In this document: in pieces, positions 41,551-49,257 of the stretch | How positions within the stretch are numbered: the stretch's first letter is position 1 | Layout: every line of letters begins with the position of its first letter | Virus record (IMG/VR): IMGVR_UViG_3300031840_000567 | Length of the DNA stretch: 64,000 bases | Source: an uncultured virus (IMG/VR IMGVR_UViG_3300031840_000567) | Taxonomy: Duplodnaviria > Heunggongvirae > Uroviricota > Caudoviricetes | Strand: one strand, 5' to 3' | Program-made: the position numbers and the translations under genes | The notes under the pieces: model-generated | What the model saw: only the letters and a program-made list of their open reading frames with translations | Database searches by the model: none | Told to the model about the DNA's origin: nothing

Positions 41551-42308
41551 CAGATAACCCGCATCTTCTCGTGACCAACTCTGATACGAGGATCACACCA
41601 AATATCGATTCCTGCTTCGATTGCATCCAGACAGAAACTCACATCCTCTCCACACATGTCCTGGACATCCCCAGACTCAAAGACTTGCATCTTGGGTGCA
41701 AACCATGGATACTTCATTTCAGCATGCTCAAAGACGCCATGCTTGATGAGTACCCATCCGAAACCTGTGTAGTCTACCGTGAAAGGCTTCTTACGCTTAG
41801 TCATCGTTTCACCAGTCTCATGATTCATGACACCACCGTTATTACGGAAGTCTCCTTCATCCAACCAATGTGCAACAGAAGTAGTACGACCATCTTCAGT
41901 CATGTACCAACCAGCTGCAATCTGTTTGTCCATGAGAACCAACTGCAAGAACTTCTCAGTATTGAATACAATATCAGAGTCGATCCACAACTGATAGTCA
42001 TACTTCAGTTTGCCGTCCCATGGAATCTGATCTGGTCCACGCAATACATTTGCTCCAAGACACTTACAACGAGCAAAGTTAACCATGCTGCTGTAGTCTT
42101 GTGAAATCTGAATACTCGCGCCCATCTGTACTAAGTCGAAACTTAGCTGCAGGAACGACTTCATGAATTGATATGAACAACCCCGACCAGGAAGACAGAA
42201 TACAATTGCTTTGCCCTTAAGCATCTCACGGGCAGCATCATAATCCCATTCTGGTTCTTTATCCTTTGCTTGGGGCGCTTTTGCTTTAACAGTAAATCCT
42301 TTAGCCAT
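41550..42308 (-). CDS. GT-A fold glycosyltransferase-like protein
   Basis: VNFARC, DYQLWIDSD (DxD), TGFGWVLIK..VFE, GEDVSFC, VGHEK motifs typical of GT2-like enzymes. Confidence 0.75.
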   Translation of the reverse strand: MAKGFTVKAKAPQAKDKEPEWDYDAAREMLKGKAIVFCLPGRGCSYQFMKSFLQLSFDLVQMGASIQISQDYSSMVNFARCKCLGANVLRGPDQIPWDGKLKYDYQLWIDSDIVFNTEKFLQLVLMDKQIAAGWYMTEDGRTTSVAHWLDEGDFRNNGGVMNHETGETMTKRKKPFTVDYTGFGWVLIKHGVFEHAEMKYPWFAPKMQVFESGDVQDMCGEDVSFCLDAIEAGIDIWCDPRIRVGHEKMRVI

Positions 42309-42329
42309 AACGATTAATTACGCATCATC

Positions 42330-42358
42330 ATTCTAACAGTTTATATATGATCCGTCAA
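42330..42358 (-). promoter_or_regulatory. sigma70-like promoter TTGACG-17-TAGAAT with extended TG
   Basis: -35 at 42353-42358 and -10 at 42330-42335, upstream of the glycosyltransferase-like gene. Confidence 0.7.
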
Positions 42359-42522
42359 TAGGACGCATCTGGGTCAACATCACCCCTTACCATCTCAACT
42401 TCGTGATCTGTCAGGTCGATTTCACTCCCTTTGATTTTCTCTTTTAATTGAGCTGGTGTGAGATTAGCAAAGATACATTCATTCCCTGAATATACATGAA
42501 AGATAGTCTCAGTCTTCATCAT
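42355..42522 (-). CDS. small hypothetical protein (55 aa)
   Basis: Hand-translated MMKTETIFHVYSGNECIFANLTPAQLKEKIKGSEIDLTDHEVEMVRGDVDPDASY. Confidence 0.6.
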   Translation of the reverse strand: MMKTETIFHVYSGNECIFANLTPAQLKEKIKGSEIDLTDHEVEMVRGDVDPDASY

Positions 42523-42688
42523 ATTTCTCTTCTAGGAAGATTCCATCTACATCAAGATTCATCGCAACCTCAGTACCCTCATACCAATCTAATTCATTAA
42601 TGAAAGACTCAGGCAGACTCACGATATACTCATCAGAAACAGGGTCGATCCTTACACTGGTTAGAATTCTGTGAGATTTTTTTTCCAT
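42509..42688 (-). CDS. AbrB/MazE-like swapped-hairpin DNA-binding protein (59 aa)
   Basis: Hand-translated ...EYIVSLPESFINELDWYEGTEVAMNLDVDGIFLEEK matches the AbrB pattern V-x-LP-x6-L-x-W-x-EG-x-E-V. Confidence 0.7.
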   Translation of the reverse strand: MEKKSHRILTSVRIDPVSDEYIVSLPESFINELDWYEGTEVAMNLDVDGIFLEEKYDED

Positions 42689-42869
42689 TACGCGAACCTG
42701 GGAGTCATTCTTATATATCAGAATTTTTTTTTATTCCATTGATATATCGATCGCGAATTCGGTTCGTTGTAGGTTACAAGGACCCATCAAATTTAAACCA
42801 CTGTCTAATAAGAACTGTGTGCGTACTAAGTGATACTCACAGCATCATGATGTAGGTCCCCCTCAATGA

Positions 42870-42898
42870 TACTCAGAATACCTCAGAATGTCTCAGAG
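42870..42898. repeat. three CTCAGA direct repeats at 10-bp period
   Basis: tactcagaat acctcagaat gtctcagag. Confidence 0.7.
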
Positions 42899-42971
42899 CT
42901 GTTACATAGTGCCTGTGAGTGATTGATAGTCAGCTGGCATGTGATTGGTGTTCTTGGTGTGATGTCTCCAT

Positions 42972-43000
42972 ATTATACCATGATGACTGCCATAATGCAA
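42972..43000 (-). promoter_or_regulatory. sigma70-like promoter TTGCAT-17-TATAAT with extended TG
   Basis: -35 at 42995-43000, -10 at 42972-42977. Confidence 0.7.
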
Positions 43001-43034
43001 TTGTGTCCTGTCTGTAACATAAAAATCCTGATAC

Positions 43035-43063
43035 TTGACAAACTGCGAGTCTCATGGTACGCT
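43035..43063 (+). promoter_or_regulatory. plus-strand sigma70-like promoter TTGACA-17-TACGCT with extended TG
   Basis: Perfect -35 at 43035-43040 and -10 at 43058-43063; no credible plus-strand gene downstream. Confidence 0.65.
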
Positions 43064-43165
43064 CGCTTAGCTAACATCGTGAGAGACCATTTAAGAGACT
43101 TTTATAACATTTAAAGAAAACACGCAAGTATATTTAAAAAGACATTTAATAACTTTCCGCATACT

Positions 43166-43200
43166 CACTCAGAGAGCACTCAGAGACACTCAGAGAGCAC
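43166..43200. repeat. three CACTCAGAGA direct repeats
   Basis: cactcagagag cactcagaga cactcagagag cac. Confidence 0.75.
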
Positions 43201-43211
43201 TTAAATATCAC

Positions 43212-43400
43212 TTACTTGCCCTCTAGTCTAATCACCTTATCCCACTGATGAGGGTACACACAGAGGCAACATTTAGTCTCTCCATACTTACTACCAGGAG
43301 TAGGATAAGAGTTAAAACAAACGGTAATATATGCAGGGTCTATGAAGTTAACATAGCCCTCAGTATTACCGATTTTAACTAACTCTCCTTCAGTGAACAT
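43212..43400 (-). CDS. small hypothetical protein
   Basis: 62-aa SH3-like pattern (F..G..V.....GYV.FI...YITVC). Confidence 0.65.
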   Translation of the reverse strand: MFTEGELVKIGNTEGYVNFIDPAYITVCFNSYPTPGSKYGETKCCLCVYPHQWDKVIRLEGK

Positions 43401-43636
43401 GATGTTGTTAGTTGATAGTGTGTGGAGTCTAATAAGTCTGTGATATGTGTTGGTAACTGTCCTTTATCATTCCATGTCATTTTGTACTGTACGATTAATG
43501 ACACTAACAGGGAGAGTTGCTGATGTGATAATTGTACTGTACTGATTGATTGTTGGGTCATCAATTTTTAGGGGCGCGATGGCATCATTGTGAGAGTAAT
43601 ACTTAACAATCTCTTGATAGAGATTATCATCATAGT

Positions 43637-43804
43637 TTACCATTTAGAGAGACATTCAAGTTTAATATATGAGGGGACAGATTCATCCACTGTTGTATCA
43701 TCTTGTGGGAATTGTTGCCCATCTTTATTATACCACATATCATCAGGAATGTCATCCATAATTGAATCAATCATGTGGTCGAAAATGAAATCTAGCTTTG
43801 CCAT
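43637..43804 (-). CDS. small acidic hypothetical protein (55 aa)
   Basis: Hand-translated MAKLDFIFDHMIDSIMDDIPDDMWYNKDG... Confidence 0.45.
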   Translation of the reverse strand: MAKLDFIFDHMIDSIMDDIPDDMWYNKDGQQFPQDDTTVDESVPSYIKLECLSKW

Positions 43805-43816
43805 GGTTAGTTACCC

Positions 43817-44125
43817 TTATTCAGTAAGAATTTCTAAATCGATAACATCGATGTCCTCTAACATTATATCACAGATACGGGCGATTTCCTTTTGAGATGA
43901 TGCACCGAGTCTAAAGATATGCTGATTGTTGTCAATCCTTATAAGTTGTAGATTGACGAACTCCTCGTATTTAGCGATGAAATTTGCAATTGTACGATGT
44001 GAACCATCGATGAGATTCATGCCTACGACAGCAATAGCTTCAGAATGAAACTCGATACCTTGTGCAAGTCTTTCAATTGAAAGTTTGTCCTTATGTGACA
44101 TAATAATCATGTGAGAGTTTGACAT
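43817..44125 (-). CDS. hypothetical early protein
   Basis: ORF 43817-44173 trimmed to the ATG at 44125, 1 nt after the upstream stop. Confidence 0.55.
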   Translation of the reverse strand: MSNSHMIIMSHKDKLSIERLAQGIEFHSEAIAVVGMNLIDGSHRTIANFIAKYEEFVNLQLIRIDNNQHIFRLGASSQKEIARICDIMLEDIDVIDLEILTE

Positions 44126-44126
44126 A

Positions 44127-44282
44127 TCAGTTAGAAGGGAATTGAGCGAGTTTTGCATCAGCGAGAGCAGCAATCATAGTCCATACTTTCTCACCTGACA
44201 ATTGCTCTTGATCACAAATATATTCTACATTATCTTCCATCAATTCTAATACTTCAAGTGCTTGCAATTCGAGATCTGTCAT
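44127..44282 (-). CDS. small hypothetical early protein (51 aa)
   Basis: Hand-translated MTDLELQALEVLELMEDNVEYICDQEQLSGEKVWTMIAALADAKLAQFPSN. Confidence 0.7.
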   Translation of the reverse strand: MTDLELQALEVLELMEDNVEYICDQEQLSGEKVWTMIAALADAKLAQFPSN

Positions 44283-44328
44283 GATTAGAGAAGAATGAGA
44301 ATGAGGACGATTGAATAAAATCTACTTA

Positions 44329-44460
44329 TTAAATCTTGTTCTTGCCCTTCCATTTACCGCGATTAGTTGACTTATCAAGCATTGCATGCAATGTTGCTGG
44401 TAGGGGTTTATTTGGTACTTTCACAAAACGACCTTGGACTTTAAGAATAGTGTAGTTCAT
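44329..44460 (-). CDS. small basic hypothetical protein
   Basis: MNYTILKVQGRFVKVPNKP...; start trimmed to lie downstream of the terminator. Confidence 0.5.
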   Translation of the reverse strand: MNYTILKVQGRFVKVPNKPLPATLHAMLDKSTNRGKWKGKNKI

Positions 44461-44484
44461 AAAATGATCAATAGGAGGACAATT

Positions 44485-44516
44485 GAATAAAAGCGGGCAT
44501 AGCATGATGCCCACTC
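44485..44516 (-). terminator. intrinsic terminator
   Basis: Minus strand GAGTGGGCAT-CATGCT-ATGCCCGCTT followed by TTATT, just after the stop at 44531. Confidence 0.65.
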
Positions 44517-44530
44517 TTTCTTAGTTTTAA

Positions 44531-44878
44531 TCATGCGAAGATATAACCGTTGTCGAACTCTTCAGTTACAAATACTTTATCAGTACCATTTTGTCCTGCA
44601 AACTTACGAACAAACCACTTAAAGTTTTTCTGAAAAACACCTTCTCCAGCAACACAAAACTCATCACAAAGTGCATTGAGGCGAGATTTTGTGGTGTTAG
44701 TCTGCCAACCACCGTCGAAAATTGTCATGTCATTATCAGAAACCTCAGCGATCTTGTTGCCATGAAGGCGAACAACAGAGACGCCAGTTTCAGGATCAAA
44801 GTGAACAGAAGTGTTAGCAGACTGCCAGTCGATGTTCTTTTGAACAGCGGCACACATTTGGGATTCGATCTTACGCAT
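44531..44878 (-). CDS. conserved early hypothetical protein
   Basis: MRKIE.QM..A, V.LHGNKIA, DGGWQTNTTKSRLNAL, VFQKNFKWFV; first gene after an early promoter. Confidence 0.75.
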   Translation of the reverse strand: MRKIESQMCAAVQKNIDWQSANTSVHFDPETGVSVVRLHGNKIAEVSDNDMTIFDGGWQTNTTKSRLNALCDEFCVAGEGVFQKNFKWFVRKFAGQNGTDKVFVTEEFDNGYIFA

Positions 44879-44936
44879 GATGAGAGAAGAGAAGAGGTTT
44901 AGAAGGTGTGGAAGGTGTTGCCCCCTCCACTCCTTT

Positions 44937-44990
44937 AATATACACGGTTATGGGGGTCTGTGCCATGCTCTTGTGCCACTAGCTCAACTG
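44937..44990 (-). promoter_or_regulatory. early promoter with upstream palindrome
   Basis: CAGTT-GAGC-TAGTG (44977-44990), 34 nt, TATATT (44937-44942). Confidence 0.7.
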
Positions 44991-44993
44991 GTT

Positions 44994-45218
44994 TTATTTG
45001 CCGATCCCCATGGGATCATCTGCCGTTGCCTCTAGTTCAGAAATACTATACATTGTTGTTGGAAAGTTATCACAGACAGCATCACATAGCGATACGATTA
45101 GATCCTCAGCTCCATCTGCTGTGTGACCATATTTTTTCTCTATAATAGATTCAATGTCTTCCATGAGTTGTTCTCTGGCAGTCATGATATTATGGAGATG
45201 TTGCTTCATGAGTGACAT
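44994..45218 (-). CDS. hypothetical early protein
   Basis: 74 aa, REQLMEDI..I...LCDAVC.NFP. Confidence 0.65.
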   Translation of the reverse strand: MSLMKQHLHNIMTAREQLMEDIESIIEKKYGHTADGAEDLIVSLCDAVCDNFPTTMYSISELEATADDPMGIGK

Positions 45219-45224
45219 AATTGA

Positions 45225-45473
45225 TTAGAAAGAAACTGCGAAAGTGTTGTTAAGTTTGTCTTGAGTTACTGTCTCTTTACCAGACAACATGCTGAATTGA
45301 TCAAACACAATCCAAGCATCTTGGTCTTCTGAGATAACAGCGAAACCGAAGCATCCTGCCATTGGCATCATATATTTACCATGCGATTCTGCCTGCCTAA
45401 GAGAACTAAAACCACGGGCAGTGATAGTCCAATCTTTACCAAAGTAAGCACAAATGAAATCTTTCATGATCAC
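45225..45473 (-). CDS. hypothetical early protein
   Basis: 82-aa ORF in a packed operon. Confidence 0.6.
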   Translation of the reverse strand: MIMKDFICAYFGKDWTITARGFSSLRQAESHGKYMMPMAGCFGFAVISEDQDAWIVFDQFSMLSGKETVTQDKLNNTFAVSF

Positions 45474-45634
45474 TCTTCGATGGTAACAGATTGAATTATA
45501 AAGTTAGGATTGAGGCGATTACATGTTGCAATCGCATCTTCTTTTGTTGCTTTAATGTAACCTAGACAGTCATTCATAACCCAACCATTAGTACGATGAA
45601 ATTGACCATGAAGAAGGAATTTAGTCTCTTGCAT
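45470..45634 (-). CDS. small hypothetical early protein (54 aa)
   Basis: Hand-translated MQETKFLLHGQFHRTNGWVMNDCLGYIKATKEDAIATCNRLNPNFIIQSVTIEE. Confidence 0.6.
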   Translation of the reverse strand: MQETKFLLHGQFHRTNGWVMNDCLGYIKATKEDAIATCNRLNPNFIIQSVTIEE

Positions 45635-45639
45635 TGTTA

Positions 45640-45792
45640 TCAACCTCCGAACATGTCATCAAATAGCTGTTGCCCAGAACGCTCATCTTGCTCTGCTTTC
45701 TTTGCATATTGTGCCATGCGTTCTAGTGCTTCTTCGCGAGAGATTGAGTCGGGGAAGTAATAGTCGCGACCTGATGGAGTTGTGTAACGCAT
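45640..45792 (-). CDS. small hypothetical early protein
   Basis: MRYTTPSGRDYYFP...LFDDMFGG; start trimmed to ATG. Confidence 0.6.
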   Translation of the reverse strand: MRYTTPSGRDYYFPDSISREEALERMAQYAKKAEQDERSGQQLFDDMFGG

Positions 45793-45833
45793 AATTTTGA
45801 AAATAGAGAGTGAATTAAGTTGATCTTTGATAT

Positions 45834-46034
45834 TCAATTTGATGCCTCCATGAATACATCATAAAAACAATCAAATGCAGCAGGATCATGACAAAATGAA
45901 GAGATTCCACTTTGATCAGAAACCCAATCGTATGCCATATCAATGTCGGCACCGGTCTCAATCACAAAAGATTGCAGACCTTGAAGAGCAGAAATAAAAG
46001 CAGAATCGTTGAGAAGCATTGTGGTTTTGTTCAT
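45834..46034 (-). CDS. small hypothetical early protein (probably leaderless)
   Basis: ATG is 7 nt downstream of the -10 box at 46041-46046. Confidence 0.65.
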   Translation of the reverse strand: MNKTTMLLNDSAFISALQGLQSFVIETGADIDMAYDWVSDQSGISSFCHDPAAFDCFYDVFMEASN

Positions 46035-46040
46035 GAATGT

Positions 46041-46094
46041 AGTATGGCAGAGATTTGGGCGAATTGCAAGCGATAGTGGACACTAGGTCAACTG
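46041..46094 (-). promoter_or_regulatory. early promoter with upstream palindrome
   Basis: CAGTT-GACC-TAGTG (46081-46094), TTGCAA -35, CATACT (46041-46046), 34-nt spacing. Confidence 0.7.
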
Positions 46095-46102
46095 TCACAG
46101 GA

Positions 46103-46291
46103 TCAGAAAGGGTTGCCCCATGACTCATATTTTTTCATGGTAATATAACCTTCCTTGCAAAGTTCATCAGTAAAGTATGACCATGCCAAACGCTTAGCGA
46201 TTGAATCAGTCGCCATTTTTGTGCCCTTAGTATCACATTTCCAATTGTAACGAAATTGCTCCAGTGCTTGTGCTTTGGTGATGGATCGCAT
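46103..46291 (-). CDS. small hypothetical early protein
   Basis: MRSITKAQALEQFR...D.LCKEG.IT..KY.SW.NPF; start trimmed to lie downstream of the promoter. Confidence 0.7.
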   Translation of the reverse strand: MRSITKAQALEQFRYNWKCDTKGTKMATDSIAKRLAWSYFTDELCKEGYITMKKYESWGNPF

Positions 46292-46315
46292 GAGGTGTGT
46301 TCCTTTGACTCTTAT

Positions 46316-46369
46316 AGTATTGCAGATTTTGAGGCATTTTGCAAGAGCTTGAGTCCAGTTCCCCAACTG
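46316..46369 (-). promoter_or_regulatory. early promoter with upstream palindrome
   Basis: CAGTT-GGGG-AACTG (46356-46369), TTGCAA -35, AATACT (46316-46321), 34-nt spacing. Confidence 0.7.
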
Positions 46370-46519
46370 GTTTGGGTTGGTTGCTGGTATGCTGTCATGC
46401 TGTCGCCGTCATGCCTTGAGAACCCTTGCCACCACTAGACCAAAGACCTGTTTTTTGCATAATTCTACTAGAAAGGGGCAACAGGTCATCCCCGCCGCCC
46501 CCGATATGGAAAAATCAAT

Positions 46520-46834
46520 TTATACAAAGAATGCCTCTAATCCTGTATAATTAATCTTCATCGATGTGTATTGTCTGGTATCATTAATGTCGATCAATTC
46601 TCCCTTTCTAATTGAGTTGATGGGGGAGTAGTATTGATCTTTCTTTGGATTATAGAATCCCCAGATAGTCCGAACGCGATCAGTAGTGTAAGTATAGACA
46701 TCTGGATGGCATAACCAAATACGAAGCAAATTGCGCTTGTATTCCTCACATTCATAGTGAAATCCATCCGGGGCTTCATGATAGAAACTCGGTGGTAGTT
46801 CCATCAGTTGATTCATGATCAGAGGTGTCTTCAT
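46520..46834 (-). CDS. conserved hypothetical protein
   Basis: H.AP.G..YE, IWLCH, TIWGFY, YYSPIN, T..YTSM; TGG-TATAAT at 46842-46850 favours a start at 46834 or later. Confidence 0.7.
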   Translation of the reverse strand: MKTPLIMNQLMELPPSFYHEAPDGFHYECEEYKRNLLRIWLCHPDVYTYTTDRVRTIWGFYNPKKDQYYSPINSIRKGELIDINDTRQYTSMKINYTGLEAFFV

Positions 46835-47037
46835 TGTCTTCATTATACCAGAAATCGTGCCAATCGTGAGGTGAGTTTGTCACATCTTCAATGTTATTCA
46901 TTTACAATAAGATGGTTGAATTTGACACAATTTGTCGTTTCTCCTATCAACAATATCTTGCATATTGTTAGCAAGATCAATACAAAGAAATGCTGCGAAA
47001 AGACAAATAGAAGAAACGAGAATAAGTCTAAAAGCTA

Positions 47038-47190
47038 TCATTGAACAATCTCCACTAATTTATCCATGACTGGTTTAAGATCATGTTCTTCAGCATCACT
47101 CAAATCAATATACATTTGTTCAATACACCATAGAATTACATCTGCTTGCGCTTTAGTAACTTCAATTGTACTGAATGTGGAGGTTGTCAT
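47038..47190 (-). CDS. small hypothetical protein (50 aa)
   Basis: Hand-translated MTTSTFSTIEVTKAQADVILWCIEQMY... Confidence 0.5.
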   Translation of the reverse strand: MTTSTFSTIEVTKAQADVILWCIEQMYIDLSDAEEHDLKPVMDKLVEIVQ

Positions 47191-47217
47191 TTTTCTGGAA
47201 AGTGTGTTCTTTACTAT

Positions 47218-47355
47218 TTAATCGATTTGTTTTTGAATTGTTGAATCATAGTAGTTCATCATCTTAGTGTCACGCTCTGCTAGGAAGTTTAAGAAACCTA
47301 CAAGGGCAAACATAACACAAATGCCCGAAAGTCCGTATTGTGTAAATTTACTCAT
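47218..47355 (-). CDS. small membrane protein (45 aa)
   Basis: Hand-translated MSKFTQYGLSGICVMFALVGFLNFLAERDTKMMNYYD...; ATGA coupling. Confidence 0.6.
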   Translation of the reverse strand: MSKFTQYGLSGICVMFALVGFLNFLAERDTKMMNYYDSTIQKQID

Positions 47356-47606
47356 AGAGTCTCTCCTAGTTCATTATCAATAGCATCCACAATTGCTGTG
47401 TGAATGTGATCATAGTCTTGCAAGTTGACTAACACTGTCTCACAAACTTCTTTGGGTTGATATACCTCATTACCCTCATCATCCCACTTTATAACATCTT
47501 CGCTAGTGTAAATCCAACCTGCACAAGGTGCATCTTCTCCCTGTTGTTCAATGAGGCTTTGCACCCGTGATTGCAGTGCTTTGAGTGAGTAGAACTGTGA
47601 TGACAT
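47352..47606 (-). CDS. hypothetical early protein
   Basis: 84 aa, LIEQQGEDAPCAGWIYT.EDV. Confidence 0.7.
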   Translation of the reverse strand: MSSQFYSLKALQSRVQSLIEQQGEDAPCAGWIYTSEDVIKWDDEGNEVYQPKEVCETVLVNLQDYDHIHTAIVDAIDNELGETL

Positions 47607-47657
47607 GATGTTAGATAGAAGAACGAAGAATGAAGCGATTAGAGTGAGTTAATCGCT

Positions 47658-47843
47658 TCAATCACCAACGAGGGCGTAAGTTTGGGCGATAGCATCAGAC
47701 TTAAAGCGTCTGCATAACTTAAACAAGAGTTTCAAGTCATCCGCAATCACATAACGAAACGAGTCTGATTCAATGATAAACTTATCATCCTCCAACCATA
47801 CTTGTGGGAGTTGTTTCTTGTAGATTGGGAAATCAGTTGGCAT
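47658..47843 (-). CDS. hypothetical early protein
   Basis: MPTDFPIYKKQLPQVWLED...; start trimmed. Confidence 0.6.
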   Translation of the reverse strand: MPTDFPIYKKQLPQVWLEDDKFIIESDSFRYVIADDLKLLFKLCRRFKSDAIAQTYALVGD

Positions 47844-47847
47844 GATG

Positions 47848-48012
47848 TTAGTTAGCAGGAGTGGAAGTGATTTCTTTGATAGTGTCCCAACCATGATATT
47901 CATGGAAGAGTTTATCATTCAGTTTGTGAGCATTTAGAGGTTTGATGTTACTCTTGCGGTCAAATCGAGTGACTTGACCATCTCTATACTCTATGCGAAT
48001 GTTGTATAACAT
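47848..48012 (-). CDS. small hypothetical early protein (54 aa)
   Basis: Hand-translated MLYNIRIEYRDGQVTRFDRKSNIKPLNAHKLNDKLFHEYHGWDTIKEITSTPAN. Confidence 0.55.
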   Translation of the reverse strand: MLYNIRIEYRDGQVTRFDRKSNIKPLNAHKLNDKLFHEYHGWDTIKEITSTPAN

Positions 48013-48017
48013 ATCAA

Positions 48018-48272
48018 TCACCAACGAGTTTGAATCAGTGCAGAGTTGAAAAGTTGTGGTTCTGTGTGAAGATCAGTCACTTCATACTTATAACCCTCAA
48101 CACGACTATCAACCTCTTTCTCAAATGATTCTTTGTTGATGTAGGACTTAGATTGCATGTCATTCATGAATGTCACAGTCTTATACATCAGGCGCTCGCT
48201 GATACTTCCATCAGCATACTTGACGGGATAGAAGTCAACAACCATGTTTCCGTGCTGTGCTGTGAGTTGCAT
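48018..48272 (-). CDS. hypothetical early protein
   Basis: MQLTAQHGNMVVDFYP...; start trimmed to lie downstream of the promoter. Confidence 0.7.
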   Translation of the reverse strand: MQLTAQHGNMVVDFYPVKYADGSISERLMYKTVTFMNDMQSKSYINKESFEKEVDSRVEGYKYEVTDLHTEPQLFNSALIQTRW

Positions 48273-48301
48273 GTGGTGAGGTGTGTTCCTTTGACTCTTT
48301 A

Positions 48302-48355
48302 ATAATACACGATTTTGGGCGCAGCACAACGGGGGCTATGCCACTTCGGGAAGTG
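48302..48355 (-). promoter_or_regulatory. early promoter with upstream palindrome
   Basis: CACTT-CCCG-AAGTG (48342-48355), 34 nt, TATTAT (48302-48307). Confidence 0.7.
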
Positions 48356-48842
48356 GTTGGATGACGGAGAACCGTGATTGATAATTGTATGCAAACCGGG
48401 TACGATTGCCATGGATACCCCACCCCAACCAATTGTAAGCATGTTTCATGTAGAAATCTACTGATTGTTCCTCACTCCTGAGATAAAGTTCATAACGATT
48501 CCATTGAGGTTCGTTCACCATATAACGCAATTGTGTTTCAATAGTATCAACATTTCCACCATACTTTTTAGCAAAAGCTCCTAACCCATAATAACGATTG
48601 GGAGAGGTCCATTGAATCAAACCGAACCCACCTGATTTACATCCATGATAACCAGTCCTTGCCCCACCCTCACAAACTAGCGTGTCAAATTTAGACTCTT
48701 GTTTAATGTTGCCCAACACGACAGCGAGTGCATTTTGATTACGAATCCCTCGTTTCTGAAGAAACTCAAGTGTTTTTTGTTCGTTTGTGGTGCAGTCAAA
48801 ACACACTACAATCGGTGCAGGAGGTTGATTGTAATTGATCAT
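48336..48842 (-). CDS. phage tail lysozyme-like (Phage_lysozyme2) protein
   Basis: A.VLGNIKQES (catalytic Glu), GGFGLIQWT..R, QL.Y..NE motifs. Confidence 0.75.
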   Translation of the reverse strand: MINYNQPPAPIVVCFDCTTNEQKTLEFLQKRGIRNQNALAVVLGNIKQESKFDTLVCEGGARTGYHGCKSGGFGLIQWTSPNRYYGLGAFAKKYGGNVDTIETQLRYMVNEPQWNRYELYLRSEEQSVDFYMKHAYNWLGWGIHGNRTRFAYNYQSRFSVIQPLPEVA

Positions 48843-49051
48843 AAGAATAATTTAGAAGAAGAAATACAGAGTAAGAATGATAACATAAGAACCACATCCC
48901 ATGATTTAGTTCTTATAAAGTATGGCACTGATATTGCATCAGCTACCAACATCATCATAGCACCTAGAGTGGTACTTACATGAAGAACAATGAAGTATGA
49001 TATGATAGCTAAAGCACTACCAATAATCCTGGCAATGACATCAATTTTCAT
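48839..49051 (-). CDS. small multi-pass membrane protein
   Basis: 70 aa, almost entirely hydrophobic (2-3 TM). Confidence 0.65.
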   Translation of the reverse strand: MKIDVIARIIGSALAIISYFIVLHVSTTLGAMMMLVADAISVPYFIRTKSWDVVLMLSFLLCISSSKLFL

Positions 49052-49236
49052 ACTGAAGTCTCTCGTTTGATATTTTTTTCGATCTCTTTCAAATACCTTG
49101 CCTTGCCTGGTGTCATAGATGTAACGACTACAGCACCGTTAGGACCGTGCCAAGTGTAGTGTTTACCGATCCGATACAAGGTGAAATCGTAAGATTTCAT
49201 TAATTGTCGCAGTTCTTTGGGGATCTTAGTGGTCAT
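49048..49236 (-). CDS. HicA-like (dsRBD-fold) RNase
   Basis: KEL..LM..Y.F...R.GKH..W..P.G..VV.S.TP.....LKEI resembles the HicA family, including the G-x-H motif. Confidence 0.6.
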   Translation of the reverse strand: MTTKIPKELRQLMKSYDFTLYRIGKHYTWHGPNGAVVVTSMTPGKARYLKEIEKNIKRETSV

Positions 49237-49257
49237 GGAGGTGTCTTAACCTCACAT

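Noticed and set aside
42747..42754. TCGATCGC as a cyanobacterial HIP1 site
   Set aside because: One mismatch to GCGATCGC and a single occurrence; no sign of HIP1 enrichment in the window
42870..43200. Short repeats considered as a CRISPR or mini-array
   Set aside because: Units are 10-11 bp, tandem and without unique spacers; no cas genes in the window
43379..43643. Overlapping small minus ORFs (43379-43564 and a 57-aa frame starting at 43643)
   Set aside because: They overlap each other extensively and I cannot tell which, if either, is real
42689..46519. tRNA or known riboswitch in the non-coding gaps
   Set aside because: No cloverleaf with T-loop/D-loop consensus and no aptamer consensus that I could recognise by eye; tRNAscan/Rfam were not run
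46860..46900. CRP/NtcA-like site or the early palindrome upstream of the 46842 -10 box
   Set aside because: GTGA-N5-TCAC has the wrong spacing for CRP, there is no GTA-N8-TAC, and the sequence 34 nt upstream does not match the CAGTT-N4-AACTG motif
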